From NCBI GenBank assembly GCA_964502005.1, contig CAZCUX010000001.1, positions 196,653 to 260,652 on the forward strand: a DNA stretch of 64,000 nucleotides, written 5' to 3'. This DNA is from an uncultured Enterobacterales bacterium (GTDB taxonomy: Bacteria > Myxococcota_A > UBA796 > UBA2385). Position 1 is the first letter of the stretch. Every line of letters starts with the position of its first letter. This document shows, one piece after another, positions 43,553-54,020 of this stretch. The notes under the pieces are model-generated. The model did no database searches and had not been told where the DNA came from. It saw nothing but the letters and a program-made list of their open reading frames with translations. The position numbers and the translations under genes were made by a program.

Positions 43553-44794
43553 ATGCAGATTCTAAGCTGGGGCACCTCTGATGTCGGACAAGCGCGCAAA
43601 GTCAATGAGGATGCGTTCTTGGTCGAGCGGGAGCTCGGACTTGTTGCTGTTGCCGACGGTATGGGTGGCTTTCAACGCGGAGATGTTGCATCGCAGCTTG
43701 CTGTCAATGTCCTAAAGGAGGCCGTGGGGTCCAATCGGGCGGTCATCGAGCTGTATCGCCGCACCCCTACGGACGGTTCCCGCGGCGCGGTGCGCGCGAT
43801 GCTCGAAGAGGCGTTTCAGAGGGCGTGTGAAGAGGTCCACCAAGCCGCCATCGCCATCACGGGGGAGGGGGGCCGCATGGGCACCACGATGGATGCCCTC
43901 TTGATAGTTGGAACGACGGCATTTATCGCCCATGTCGGTGATGGGCGCATTTTCCTCCAACGTGGCCGCGAAGTACATCAGATTTCCGAGGACCACTCCT
44001 TGGTGGCCGAAAAAGTCCGAGAAGGCTTGCTCACACCCGAACAGGCACGGAAAGTCAAATTCAAAAACGTGATTACCCGTGCATTGGGTGTGTTTCCATC
44101 GGTCATGGTCGATACCCTGCACTTTGAGCTCGACCCCGGCGACCGCTTGTTGATTTGTAGTGATGGTTTGTATCGCTACATTGGTCTGCGAGAGATGGGC
44201 TTCACGCTCATGGGCGACATTTCCGCAGATACTACCCTTCAGCTTGTGGGCACGGCGAACGAGCGCGGTGGCCGCGACAACATCACCGCGGTGCTGGTTT
44301 CGGTGCGTGACTCCGGCGAATCCGAGCGCTCCATCGCGGTTTCCGAGCAAATGGAAGTCCTGCGAAAGTGCACGCTGTTCCAGTATTGCACGTACCGCGA
44401 GCTCATGCGCATCGCCCAAATCTCCCAGGTGCGCGATATCGTTCCCGGCTCTGTGCTGTACCGTGACGGTGACCCTGGGAGCGAAGCATTTGTTATCGTT
44501 TCTGGTGAGGTGGTCATCGAAAAGAACGGCAACCCGATTGCTACGCTTGGGCCGGCGGAGTTTTTTGGCGAGTCGTGCTTCTTGGACCCTGCTGGGCGCT
44601 CCGCGACCGCGCGGTCTTTGCACGAAACACGCCTACTGGTCATCAGCCGCGCTGCTTTTATGCACCTGATGAAGCAAGACGCGGACCTCGCCGTGAAGCT
44701 GATGTGGCAACTCCTTCGGAAGTTCTCCCATATGGTCCGTTCGGGCGATGCAACATTGGTGGCGGACGCCGTCACTTTGGGCCCAAGCACCTGA
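43553..44794 (+). CDS. PP2C-family Ser/Thr phosphatase fused to a cyclic-nucleotide-binding domain
   Basis: The PP2C blocks are GQARKVNEDAF, VADGMGG, LLICSDGL and RGGRDNITAV. The C-terminal cNMP-like block is FGESCFLDPAGRSATARS. Confidence 0.8.
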   Translation: MQILSWGTSDVGQARKVNEDAFLVERELGLVAVADGMGGFQRGDVASQLAVNVLKEAVGSNRAVIELYRRTPTDGSRGAVRAMLEEAFQRACEEVHQAAIAITGEGGRMGTTMDALLIVGTTAFIAHVGDGRIFLQRGREVHQISEDHSLVAEKVREGLLTPEQARKVKFKNVITRALGVFPSVMVDTLHFELDPGDRLLICSDGLYRYIGLREMGFTLMGDISADTTLQLVGTANERGGRDNITAVLVSVRDSGESERSIAVSEQMEVLRKCTLFQYCTYRELMRIAQISQVRDIVPGSVLYRDGDPGSEAFVIVSGEVVIEKNGNPIATLGPAEFFGESCFLDPAGRSATARSLHETRLLVISRAAFMHLMKQDADLAVKLMWQLLRKFSHMVRSGDATLVADAVTLGPST

Positions 44795-44869
44795 AATTGG
44801 CGTTGGGTCCGAGCGGTGGCCTTGGGCAGAGCGGATTCGGGCCGCTCCCCCGCTGCGCTTGCCTTGGGG

Positions 44870-45709
44870 CTACGGAATACCGAGGCCCACGCGTTCACCG
44901 CGGAAGTCGCCCACGAAGGGGAGGTTGGTGGAGCATGCGTCCCAGCTCAACCAAATAAACTGTGCCTTGCCCTTGATATTGCGAAGCGGAACGAAGCCCC
45001 ATCCGCGGCTATCAAAGGAATGGTCGCGGTTGTCACCCATGACAAACACGTTGCCTTCGGGAACCGTGATGGGTCCGAAGTCACCAGCGCCGCGGCCATA
45101 TTGGCGCGTGTAGAGGATTTCGTGGGGACGCTCGCCGAAGGTTTCGACGTAATGTTTCTCGACGCTTTCGCGACAGTCGTCGTCCACAAACGTGAACTCG
45201 TCGATGTACTCGCGACCTTGGGCTTCACCGTTGACATAAAGTATGTTTTCGCGAAGCTCGACGGTATCGCCGGGAATGCCCACCACGCGCTTCACATAGT
45301 CGATGGTGGCAAATGGGGGGACAGGTAGGTCAACCCAGTGTTTGACGCCCTTGTCCTCGCCGGGGAATACAAAAACGACGACGTCGCCGCGCTCCGGCAA
45401 GCTGAGACCCAGCATCGGGACGCGGGTGAGCGGTATCCGAAATCCATAGGAAAACTTGGTAACGACGATGTTGTCGCCAATCGCAAGTGTGGGCACCATC
45501 GAACCAGACGGGATTCGGAACGGCTCGATGAGCATCGAGCGGACCACCAACACCGCCAGGAATGCCGGACCCCACGTACGAATGATTTCCCAGATACCGG
45601 CCAGCAGGCCGCCACCCGATTCTTCCTCCCCGGACTCGGGCGGCGCGACTTCGACGCCATTGGCGGAACGCTGCGTCCGCCCTTCGTCTTTGGACTGATT
45701 ATCGCTCAC
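44870..45709 (-). CDS. lepB: Signal peptidase I
   Basis: GGAGG lies upstream of GTG 45709. Box B is IPSGSMVPTL. Further blocks are VKRVVGIPGD and VMGDNRDHSFDSRGWGFV. Confidence 0.85.
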   Translation of the reverse strand: MSDNQSKDEGRTQRSANGVEVAPPESGEEESGGGLLAGIWEIIRTWGPAFLAVLVVRSMLIEPFRIPSGSMVPTLAIGDNIVVTKFSYGFRIPLTRVPMLGLSLPERGDVVVFVFPGEDKGVKHWVDLPVPPFATIDYVKRVVGIPGDTVELRENILYVNGEAQGREYIDEFTFVDDDCRESVEKHYVETFGERPHEILYTRQYGRGAGDFGPITVPEGNVFVMGDNRDHSFDSRGWGFVPLRNIKGKAQFIWLSWDACSTNLPFVGDFRGERVGLGIP

Positions 45710-45804
45710 GGAACCGTCCTCCGAATATTCGACCGTCAGGGACGGCGGTCCCCAGTTGGCGTGGTCGCGTAACCCGTGACGGAGGCGGGGCGTCCCATCG
45801 AAGC

Positions 45805-47688
45805 TCAGTGGAGGCGAAATACCGTGACGCCGGTGCCGTCATCAAAGTGGTGCTGCTCCAGAATGTGGTCTCCAAGCTGATCCTTTAGGTGCTGGATTCC
45901 TGAAGGTCCGTAGGCTGCTTCGTCTACGATGACAAAACGAAGTCCGTCGGCGACCATTCCATCCACGACCACTTGGCGATGTGCCGCAAACGAAGGATGG
46001 ATAGCACTACTCGGGATGTCGCGTCCCGAAAGCACGGGGAGGGCGATGTCATCCCAGTTTTGAATCATGCCCGCTGTGTCTGTGTCGATGCGCATCGGCG
46101 CCAAGGTTTTGAGGCTTGGGTAGCCAATGAGAGGGCGCCTCATTTGCACTTGCAAATACCAGCTATCCGTCGATGACAGGTGCTCCGAAATATTCGCAAA
46201 TACTGGTAAATCGGCGCGCTTGCCCGACTTTGGTGCGGGCCGCCGTTGTGGTAACAACACGACGGCCCCCTCCTCGGGAACCTCGGCGACCCAGGTTGCA
46301 AAAGAGACCGCGGGCAACGAGTGTGCCGGAAAAGGGGCGTGAAACGCTGCTGTCCGAAGGCCCGCCCACAACGCGCCCACGCTTGCGCCCAACACCGCGA
46401 GCGCGCCCACGACGCGGAACAACGGAGGCACCCAGCCACGCCGGTCGATAAAGTGCGCCGCGCGGGCGACGCCGTCGCCACCGGCCACCGCGAATGCAAA
46501 GGTGGCCATCACAAGCCAACGGTGGGGAAATCGAACCGAGCGAATCCCCGGAAGGTCCCGCGCAGCGTCGTTGACGGACAAGATGGTGGCACCCACACTT
46601 CGTCCACTGTCGCCGAGCCATACAGCGAGTTCGGCGGGCAAGCGTGGATTGAGCCCAAAGGACAAAATGAGGGTGGCCGCCCCCGCAGCGAGCCACGGCG
46701 CACTTCGAGGAAGCCCGAGGACCCCGAAGAGAATCGCGGGCCAAAGTACCCACGCAGGGATGACCGTGGGGGCGAGGCTGGGGTCGCGGGTGTGCCGTCC
46801 GCCGAACTCGTACTGCCACCAGGTGTGGAGGTCGGCCGCGTTCATCTGGAGCAGCCTGAGCGTCTCACCGGATGACGTGTTCTCGGTTGGAAATGCGCGA
46901 AACAAAAACGCGATAGCCAGGGCACCGAAGGCCAGAACGGTGACGAGGACCGCAATCGACGCGGGGCCCTCCCGTCTGCGGAGGGGGGTCCAAGGAACCA
47001 ACAATAGGGGTGTCAGCACAAACACAGACAGCACGGCGGCAAATACGCCGTGATAAGGAGAATCGAGTACCATCATCACGGCGGCGAAACCCGTGACCAA
47101 CGCAAGCGTGCGGGACGGCCGCTCGGAGAGCTTGGTGGCGAGCGCGAAGAACACAGGCATGAGCCACATGGCGACGTGCTCGGGCGTACCGTCCGCTACG
47201 GCATGAAGAAGCATCGGCGCGGCCGGCATCGCGGCGCCGGCGACGCCGCCCGCGACCCAGGACCTTGTGCGCGTCCGGGTGAGTACTGCCGTTGCCATTC
47301 CAGCAGCCCACAGAAGGCCCATGATGGTGGCGTTGAAGCCGTGAACCGGCCCCACAATCCAGCCGAGGGGCGCGGACAGCAGGCCAGAAAACCACGGCAG
47401 GACCAACGCCATTACGCCGCTGGGGTGATTGATTTCAAAGGACCAAATGGGGGTGTTGGGCGGGAAAAGGGACCGCCGCAAATGGTCGAGGCCCCACATG
47501 CCGCGAACAGCATCCGTGTCCGCGTCGCCCAAGATAGTCGCCGCTTCGATGCTCCAAAGCGGATGCACCAAGACCAACACCATCACCAAATATACGAGCG
47601 CAATGCCCAGGGGAGGTGCGAGGTCGCCGGGGTGAATCGACGCGCGCCAACGTTGCGTCGGGGTGGAGCCGTCGTCGTTTGGGGTCAA
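45805..47688 (-). CDS. Polytopic membrane protein, possibly a GT-C-fold glycosyltransferase (function uncertain)
   Basis: TTG start at 47688 with GGAG upstream. More than 10 hydrophobic segments are followed by a soluble C-terminal domain. I recognise no diagnostic motif. Confidence 0.55.
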   Translation of the reverse strand: MTPNDDGSTPTQRWRASIHPGDLAPPLGIALVYLVMVLVLVHPLWSIEAATILGDADTDAVRGMWGLDHLRRSLFPPNTPIWSFEINHPSGVMALVLPWFSGLLSAPLGWIVGPVHGFNATIMGLLWAAGMATAVLTRTRTRSWVAGGVAGAAMPAAPMLLHAVADGTPEHVAMWLMPVFFALATKLSERPSRTLALVTGFAAVMMVLDSPYHGVFAAVLSVFVLTPLLLVPWTPLRRREGPASIAVLVTVLAFGALAIAFLFRAFPTENTSSGETLRLLQMNAADLHTWWQYEFGGRHTRDPSLAPTVIPAWVLWPAILFGVLGLPRSAPWLAAGAATLILSFGLNPRLPAELAVWLGDSGRSVGATILSVNDAARDLPGIRSVRFPHRWLVMATFAFAVAGGDGVARAAHFIDRRGWVPPLFRVVGALAVLGASVGALWAGLRTAAFHAPFPAHSLPAVSFATWVAEVPEEGAVVLLPQRRPAPKSGKRADLPVFANISEHLSSTDSWYLQVQMRRPLIGYPSLKTLAPMRIDTDTAGMIQNWDDIALPVLSGRDIPSSAIHPSFAAHRQVVVDGMVADGLRFVIVDEAAYGPSGIQHLKDQLGDHILEQHHFDDGTGVTVFRLH

Positions 47689-47757
47689 CCAAGTCTCCGG
47701 AATCGCACCCTCATTAGAATCGGTAGGAGCCGGCAGGTTCGTGAGGGTGGTACTTCG

Positions 47758-48309
47758 TTATAGCGCATTCTCGTATGGCGCGGCGATTGAAGGCAGATGG
47801 TGGAGTGCTTCCCGGGCGTCTTGAAGCGATGTGGGGCCATCCGACCACGCGCCGCGAATGGCGCCGCTGCCGTCCACCAACAACAGCCATGGGAATGGAG
47901 CGACCAGCGGTAGTGGCTGCAAGCGCTCTCGTAGGTCTGCCAGTGCCACATCATCGGCGGGCTGGAGGGTCCACACGGACGCAAGTGCGTCGTGCAAGGA
48001 AGGCTGACCCGCGACAAACAACAGTGCGATGTTGGGCTCGTCATGGAGCGCGGTTAGCCATTCTTGGCAGCGTGACGCACAGGTCTTGTCCGTCACGACG
48101 AGCAAGCGATTTCGACCGTCGCGCAAGCTCGCGGGCCGGCCTTCGGTATGCAAGAGGCCCTGCGCAGGGAGCCGCGTAAGAAATGGCGCTGGTGTGCTGG
48201 GTTCTGCCGACCACATCGCGCCGAGGGGTATGGCCAACACGACCAGCGCAAACGCGACCCAGCCCGGACGGGTGAGGGGATGAGGCAGGGGAGCGGGAGC
48301 TTCGTCCAC
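47758..48309 (-). CDS. Membrane-anchored protein with a CxxxC motif (possible thioredoxin-fold/Sco-like accessory protein)
   Basis: GTG start at 48309. There is one TM segment. The CxxxC motif is TDKTCASRC. The gene lies directly downstream of the heme O synthase gene. Confidence 0.45.
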   Translation of the reverse strand: MDEAPAPLPHPLTRPGWVAFALVVLAIPLGAMWSAEPSTPAPFLTRLPAQGLLHTEGRPASLRDGRNRLLVVTDKTCASRCQEWLTALHDEPNIALLFVAGQPSLHDALASVWTLQPADDVALADLRERLQPLPLVAPFPWLLLVDGSGAIRGAWSDGPTSLQDAREALHHLPSIAAPYENAL

Positions 48310-48315
48310 GATGCC

Positions 48316-49347
48316 TCAGACCAGCAGTCGGATGATTGCGTCGACCGAAAGCGTCGCAAACAATCCGGTGAGGTAGGCCAGCGAGACGAAGAAAAAGCGG
48401 CGTGCCCACTTGGCGCCGCCTTCGTAGGCGACTCCCTTCCACGCTTCGTACAAAAACCAGAACCCGAGCGCGCCACCGAGAAACAGGGTCACGAGGCCGG
48501 CGACATTGAGAAGCAGGAGCACGACAGGTAGTCCGACGAGCGGGGCCGTGTACAGCAACGCTTGGCGCCGCGCAGCAGGGATTCCGTGCTCGTTGGGAAA
48601 TACTATCATGCCTGCGTTTTCGTACTCTTTGCCGCGGTAGATTCCGATGGCGAGGGAGTGCGGAATCTGCCACAAGAAGATGAGAGCAAAGAGGGCCAAG
48701 CCACCCCAATCGAGGGAGCCAGTGGCCGCTGTCCAGCCAATCAGCGGCGGCAGTGCGCCGGGAACCGCGCCCACGAGGGTAGAAAGCGAGGACTGCCGCT
48801 TCATGGGCGTGTAGATGAGCACATACAGAATCAGCGCGATGGCAGCCAAAAGACCCGCGAGAGGTGTCGTGAGGGCTGTCAACAGCGGTACGGACACCAA
48901 GGACAACGCGAGCCCAAACGCGAGGGCGCCCATGGGATGCAAGCGACCCGCAGGCAACGGGCGCGTGCGGGTGCGCGCCATGAGGCGGTCGAGGTCGCGC
49001 TCGAGATAACAGTTGAGGGCGTTTGCTCCGCCGACAACCAAGGTCGTTCCGAGGACCGCCGCGATTCCTGTTGTCCAGCTAACGGGGGTTTGCGCGAGCA
49101 AGAGGCCGCCGCCTGCGGTGAACAGGACCAAGGAACTGAGCTGGGGCTTCGTGAGCGAGATGAGGTCGGTGAGCACAGAGCGGCTCTTCGGCTGCCCATG
49201 CGGGATGCCATCGACGACCGCAGTGTGGACTTCTTCGGATGCGTTCCCCTCCACCGCGGACCATTCTGCCGCAGTGCTTGCGCTCGACCGCTGCTCTTCC
49301 GCAGTCGTAGACACAGCAGCAGGAAGCAGGGCCGGTTGGAGCGGCAT
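48316..49347 (-). CDS. ctaB: Heme O synthase (protoheme IX farnesyltransferase)
   Basis: Blocks: LTKPQLSSLVLFT, GGANALNCYLERDLDRLMARTRTRPLPAG, IYTPMKR and LWQIPHSLAI. ATG 49347 with GGAG upstream is chosen. The 546 nt upstream in the track ORF are not protein-like. Confidence 0.85.
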   Translation of the reverse strand: MPLQPALLPAAVSTTAEEQRSSASTAAEWSAVEGNASEEVHTAVVDGIPHGQPKSRSVLTDLISLTKPQLSSLVLFTAGGGLLLAQTPVSWTTGIAAVLGTTLVVGGANALNCYLERDLDRLMARTRTRPLPAGRLHPMGALAFGLALSLVSVPLLTALTTPLAGLLAAIALILYVLIYTPMKRQSSLSTLVGAVPGALPPLIGWTAATGSLDWGGLALFALIFLWQIPHSLAIGIYRGKEYENAGMIVFPNEHGIPAARRQALLYTAPLVGLPVVLLLLNVAGLVTLFLGGALGFWFLYEAWKGVAYEGGAKWARRFFFVSLAYLTGLFATLSVDAIIRLLV

Positions 49348-49895
49348 CGAAATCTCCACGGGACAGACGCCCACACGTCCGACGGTCGAACCCATCGGAG
49401 GAGGCGCGAATTGCCCTCTTCGTCGGTATCTGTCAAGGACCTTCGGCACAGGAACGAGATCGCAGCGAAACTGTTCGACGTCAGTTTTTGATGGATTTGT
49501 GGCGTTGCTGGAGCAAGCGAATTGGCGTCTGCAATGGCGGGGCGGTGAGATGCACCGGTTGGACGGCGGATGCTGCACATGCCGCGGGGAATGTGACTCT
49601 GCCGACACTGTGACATCCGTTGACGTGACGTGTGCCCGTCTGTTAGCCCCATTCCTTCGCTCGAAGACACTCATGCGAGGAGCTTGCGAGGCATTCGCGG
49701 TGGTTGGTTCCGAGATTGCGCTCGTGTAGGATTTTTCCCTCGTTCCAGTGGGCACTCGCCCATGGCACTTTGGGACCCCTTCGCTCTTCGCTGGTGGCAT
49801 CGTGTGGGGTACGTCTTCTTTGGTCCACTTTCTTTCTGCACCCCCTTTCGGTACCGGGCACACCCCTCGTGTGCACCGTTTGCCCCGGGACAACC

Positions 49896-50348
49896 ATGCA
49901 GCTTGAGTTCATCTTCCAGAACCCGCTCGTCATTTTCGTCGTCCTGTTCGGGATGAGCTGCACGATGGGTCTGTCCGTCGTGATTCCGCTCGTCGCGAAC
50001 GTCATCCTCGCCGTGTATAGCGGTTGGGTAGGCGATCTTGCGGCTTCCAAGGCCAACGGGGCTACGCCAGGCTCTGTCTTCCCCGACGAGCGGCCTGACT
50101 TCCCCAAGCAGGTCGTTGGCTACGAGCCTGGCCACGAGCCGAAAAAGGTCGCCCCGGGGCCCGTGCAGGTGGAACCCGACCATGTGCCGGTGGGTATGCT
50201 TGCCCGCTTGGCATTCGCTGTGACCCTTGCGGCTGCAGTCCTCGTGCTCGGTGGCGTGAAGCTGTTTGAAGCCCGTGTCGCTTCGGAAATGGCTGCCAAG
50301 GGCTACGAGGACACCACCACCGCGATTCCCCACGCTAAGGCGAAGTGA
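49896..50348 (+). CDS. Small membrane protein (150 aa), first gene of the oxidase operon
   Basis: ATG at 49896. Hydrophobic segments are present at both ends. The stop overlaps the SCO gene start (GTGA). Confidence 0.55.
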   Translation: MQLEFIFQNPLVIFVVLFGMSCTMGLSVVIPLVANVILAVYSGWVGDLAASKANGATPGSVFPDERPDFPKQVVGYEPGHEPKKVAPGPVQVEPDHVPVGMLARLAFAVTLAAAVLVLGGVKLFEARVASEMAAKGYEDTTTAIPHAKAK

Positions 50349-51238
50349 GTCTCGCGGTCGCCAACGCCGTGAAGGCACGGTTCACCGGAACCCTCCGGTG
50401 GGCCGTGCTTGCGTTTGCTCTGTGTGCTTCGATTTCCCAGCCTGCGATGGCATCGCGGGGCGAGGGGTTGGGCACGGGCAGGCGTTTGGCGGATGAGGTC
50501 CCGCCTGAGCTCGCTGCGGTCGCGGTGGACGAACATTTGGGCGCCCCCGTCGACCCTTCGCTTTCGTTTCGGGCGGAAGATGGTTCGATTGTTCGCTTGG
50601 GAGACCTCCTCACCGGGGACATCCCAACACTGGTCACGCTGAACTACTTTACGTGCGAAACCCTCTGCTCCTTCCAGCTCAACGCTGTGCTCGAAGGCCT
50701 CAAGCAGTTGGATTGGGTCGCTGGGAAAGAGTTCCGGGTGGTCACGGTGAGCATCGACCCCAAGGAAGATGCTGCGTTGGCCCGCACCAAGAAGGCTTCG
50801 TACCTCGAAGCTCTCGGAAAGGGCGACGTAGAGTGGCGATTTCTCACAGGGGAACAGGCCTCGATTGAGGCTCTCGCGAGCACGCTGGGCTTTGGGTACA
50901 GCTACGATGAGCGGTCTGGGCAGTACGCCCATCCTGCCGTGATTATGGTGCTGTCGCCTGAGGGCAATGTCGCTCGCTACCTCTATGGAATTTCGTACAC
51001 GGCAATGGACATCAAGTTTGCGCTGATGGAAGCGGCGGCTGGGCGGGTCGGAAGTCCCGCCGAGAAGCTGGTTCTGAGCTGTTTTCAGTATGATGAGTCT
51101 TCCGGACGGTACACTCCGTTCGCCTTCGGGATCATGCGGCTTGGTGGGCTGGCCACTGTGCTCGTGATGGGGCTCGTCGGAGTGGTTTTGTGGCGTCGCG
51201 AGCTTTTCAGTCGCGGCGATGGGAGTGTTTCGAGATGA
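50345..51238 (+). CDS. SCO1/SenC-family copper chaperone
   Basis: LVTLNYFTCETLCSFQL carries the CxxxC motif. YAHPAVIMVLSPEG carries the conserved His. A C-terminal TM segment is present. Confidence 0.8.
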   Translation: MSLAVANAVKARFTGTLRWAVLAFALCASISQPAMASRGEGLGTGRRLADEVPPELAAVAVDEHLGAPVDPSLSFRAEDGSIVRLGDLLTGDIPTLVTLNYFTCETLCSFQLNAVLEGLKQLDWVAGKEFRVVTVSIDPKEDAALARTKKASYLEALGKGDVEWRFLTGEQASIEALASTLGFGYSYDERSGQYAHPAVIMVLSPEGNVARYLYGISYTAMDIKFALMEAAAGRVGSPAEKLVLSCFQYDESSGRYTPFAFGIMRLGGLATVLVMGLVGVVLWRRELFSRGDGSVSR

Positions 51239-52290
51239 ACTCGCTGTTGCTGCATCTGTTGGCTGCGCCATCGGCGCAGGCGGCAGAGGGGGCTACCTTC
51301 TGGTTGCCGCCTCAGGCGTCCACCTACGCGGGCGATACGGACTTCGTATTCTACTTCATCTACTGGACCTGCGTCTTCTTCTTCATCGTGATGATGGGCG
51401 CAGTAGGGTACTTCGTTCTGTCGTACCGCCAGAAGTCGGAAGGCGAAAAAGTTCCGGATATCAAGGGCAGCCATGCTCTTGAGCTCGGTTGGGCGACGGT
51501 TCCCGGGGTATTCCTCGTGGCCATGTTCTACCTGGGCTTTGAAGGCTGGGTGAACCAAGCCGTGCCGCCCAAAGACGCCTATGAAATCCGCGTGACCGCT
51601 CAAAAGTGGAACTGGAGCTTCACGTACTTGAAGGATGGAAAGGCGGTCACGAAGGGCGGCCAGGACTCCGAATGTATGAAGGCCGTGGACTCGCCCCGGC
51701 GGGACGTAGAGTGCAATGAGCCTCTGCGAATTCCGGCTGGCAAGCCCGTGAAGCTGGTCATGAACAGCATCGACGTTCTGCACAGCTTCTACGTTCCCGA
51801 CTTCCGTATCAAGAAGGACGTTGTTCCTGGCCGGTATACGGTGGTTTGGTTCGAAGCGCCGGAAGTCGGGCCCCATGACATCTTCTGCACCGAGTACTGC
51901 GGCGACAAGCACGGCTATATGTACAGCCGTGTGGAAGTCCTCGAGCCGGCCAAGTTTGATGCATGGCTCAAGGAAGAAGCCGACAAGCTGGGTGAGGGCG
52001 GCTTGCCCCCCGCGAAGGAATTCTTCGCGCAGAAGGGCTGTCCTGCCTGTCACAGCGTAGACGGCGCCAACGGCGTTGGGCCTACGCTCAAAGGCAAGTA
52101 CGGCACGATGGAAAAGCTTGCTGACGGCTCGGAAGTCAAGATTGACGACGAGTATCTGCGCGAGTCCATCTTGAATCCCACCGCGAAGATTGTTGCCGGC
52201 TACCCCCCCGCGATGCCGTCCTTCCAAGGACAGCTCAAGGAAGCCGAAGTCAACCATCTTATCGACTACATCAAGACTCTGGCCGAGTGA
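51235..52290 (+). CDS. ctaC: Cytochrome c oxidase subunit II with a fused C-terminal cytochrome c domain (caa3 type)
   Basis: ATG 51235 overlaps the SCO stop (ATGA). The CuA site is [10 protein letters not shown]...[12 protein letters not shown]. The C-terminal heme motif is CPACH. Confidence 0.9.
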   Translation: MNSLLLHLLAAPSAQAAEGATFWLPPQASTYAGDTDFVFYFIYWTCVFFFIVMMGAVGYFVLSYRQKSEGEKVPDIKGSHALELGWATVPGVFLVAMFYLGFEGWVNQAVPPKDAYEIRVTAQKWNWSFTYLKDGKAVTKGGQDSECMKAVDSPRRDVECNEPLRIPAGKPVKLVMNSIDVLHSFYVPDFRIKKDVVPGRYTVVWFEAPEVGPHDIFCTEYCGDKHGYMYSRVEVLEPAKFDAWLKEEADKLGEGGLPPAKEFFAQKGCPACHSVDGANGVGPTLKGKYGTMEKLADGSEVKIDDEYLRESILNPTAKIVAGYPPAMPSFQGQLKEAEVNHLIDYIKTLAE

Positions 52291-52300
52291 GAGGCAACCG

Positions 52301-53947
52301 ATGAGCACCACTTCCCTCGACGGCGTGGGACACAGCCACGGTGGCGAAAACTACCTCAACGCCAAGCGTGGGTTGATGTCGTGGATTTTCACGATCGATC
52401 ACAAGCGGATCGGCGTGATGTATCTAGCGACTGTCCTTACCTACTTCCTCGCAGGCGGTCTTTTGGCGCTCGGCATTCGTGCTGAGTTGTTTACGCCCGA
52501 AGGCGACCTGTTCCCGGCGGCGATGTACAACCGCGTGTTCACCGTTCACGGGGCCATCATGGTCTTCCTCGTGTTGGTGCCCGCGATTCCCGCCACGCTG
52601 GGCAACTTCGTGTTGCCCCTCCAGTTGGGCACTCTCGACGTTGCATTCCCCAAGCTGAACCTCGCAAGCTACCACATTTATGTGCTTGGCTCGCTGTTCT
52701 TGCTCTACGTCCTCATCAACGGTGGCGTAGACACCGGCTGGACCTTCTACACCCCCTACTCGAACAGCGATGGTGCCGACCCCAACGTGGTGTGGGCATT
52801 GATGGGCGCGTTCATCCTCGGGTTCAGCTCGATTTTGACCGGTCTCAACTTCATCGTCACCATTCACAAAATGCGCGCTCCGGGGCTTACTTGGGGTCGG
52901 TTGCCCTTGTTCCTGTGGGCCATCTACGCCACCAGCGTCATCCAGGTGCTTGCTACACCGGTCATCGCCATCACCCTCTTCCTGTTGATGTTTGAAAACA
53001 TCGTGGGAATCGGCATCTTTGACCCGGCGCTCGGCGGCGACCCCGTCCTGTTCCAGCACTTCTTCTGGTTCTACAGCCACCCCGTTGTGTACGTCATGGC
53101 GCTCCCGGCGTTCGGCGTCATCTCCGAAACCGTGACCATCCACAGCCGCCGCCACATCTTCGGCTACACCGCGATTGCGGCCTCGTCGGTGGCCATCGCG
53201 GCAATCGGCTTCCTGATTTGGGGCCACCACATGTACGTTTCGGGACAGTCGGAGTTGAGCGGCACCATCTTCTCGATGTTGACCTTCGGCGTCGGCCTGC
53301 CCACCGCAATCAAGCTTTGCTCCTGGATTGCAACGCTCTACCGCGGCAGCATTCGCATGAACGCCGTCATGCTCTACACGTTGGCGTTCCTTTGGATTTT
53401 CGCCATCGGTGGTTTGACCGGTCTGTTCCTCGCTACCCTCGCGACGGACGTTCACCTCCACGACACCTACTTCGTGGTCGCGCACTTCCACTACGTCATG
53501 ATGGGCGGCGTTTTGTTTGCCCTCATCGCCGGTATGCATCACTGGTGGCCGAAAATCACGGGCAAGATGTTCAACGAGTCCATCGCAAAGGTGGCTTGGG
53601 TCGTGGCCTTCGTCGGCTACAACCTCACCTTCTTCCCCCAGTTCGTAGCGGGTTCGCGCGGTATGCCCCGGCGGTATCACCAGTACGTCCCCGAGTTTGA
53701 ACTGTGGAACCAGCTGTCCACCATCGGCTCGTTCATCTTCGGCTTGGGCCTGTTCATCATCCTCGGCTACCTGATTCACTCCTTGTTCAAGGGTGAAAAG
53801 GCTCCGAAGAACCCCTGGGGCGGCATGTCGCTCGAGTGGGAAGCTGCATCGCCCCCGGTCGAGCACAACTTTGCTGGCCCGGTGGTGTGCAAGACTGGTC
53901 CTTACGACTTCCCCGAAATCGAAAAGTCCGTCGGCCACGCCCACTGA
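52301..53947 (+). CDS. ctaD: Cytochrome c oxidase subunit I
   Basis: Blocks: [32 protein letters not shown] and HFHYVMMGG. Confidence 0.9.
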   Translation: MSTTSLDGVGHSHGGENYLNAKRGLMSWIFTIDHKRIGVMYLATVLTYFLAGGLLALGIRAELFTPEGDLFPAAMYNRVFTVHGAIMVFLVLVPAIPATLGNFVLPLQLGTLDVAFPKLNLASYHIYVLGSLFLLYVLINGGVDTGWTFYTPYSNSDGADPNVVWALMGAFILGFSSILTGLNFIVTIHKMRAPGLTWGRLPLFLWAIYATSVIQVLATPVIAITLFLLMFENIVGIGIFDPALGGDPVLFQHFFWFYSHPVVYVMALPAFGVISETVTIHSRRHIFGYTAIAASSVAIAAIGFLIWGHHMYVSGQSELSGTIFSMLTFGVGLPTAIKLCSWIATLYRGSIRMNAVMLYTLAFLWIFAIGGLTGLFLATLATDVHLHDTYFVVAHFHYVMMGGVLFALIAGMHHWWPKITGKMFNESIAKVAWVVAFVGYNLTFFPQFVAGSRGMPRRYHQYVPEFELWNQLSTIGSFIFGLGLFIILGYLIHSLFKGEKAPKNPWGGMSLEWEAASPPVEHNFAGPVVCKTGPYDFPEIEKSVGHAH

Positions 53948-54020
53948 CCCAACTTCTTCCGATCCCTGCGTCGCGGGTCCGCCCAGCGGCGCAGGGAAGC
54001 GGGAAACCTGGAGCTTTCCA

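Noticed and set aside
51085-53944. Minus-strand ORFs of 408 and 506 aa (51085-52311 and 52424-53944)
   Set aside because: They are antisense to cytochrome oxidase subunits II and I, which are unambiguous. Their composition is Arg/Gly/His/Val-rich and not protein-like.
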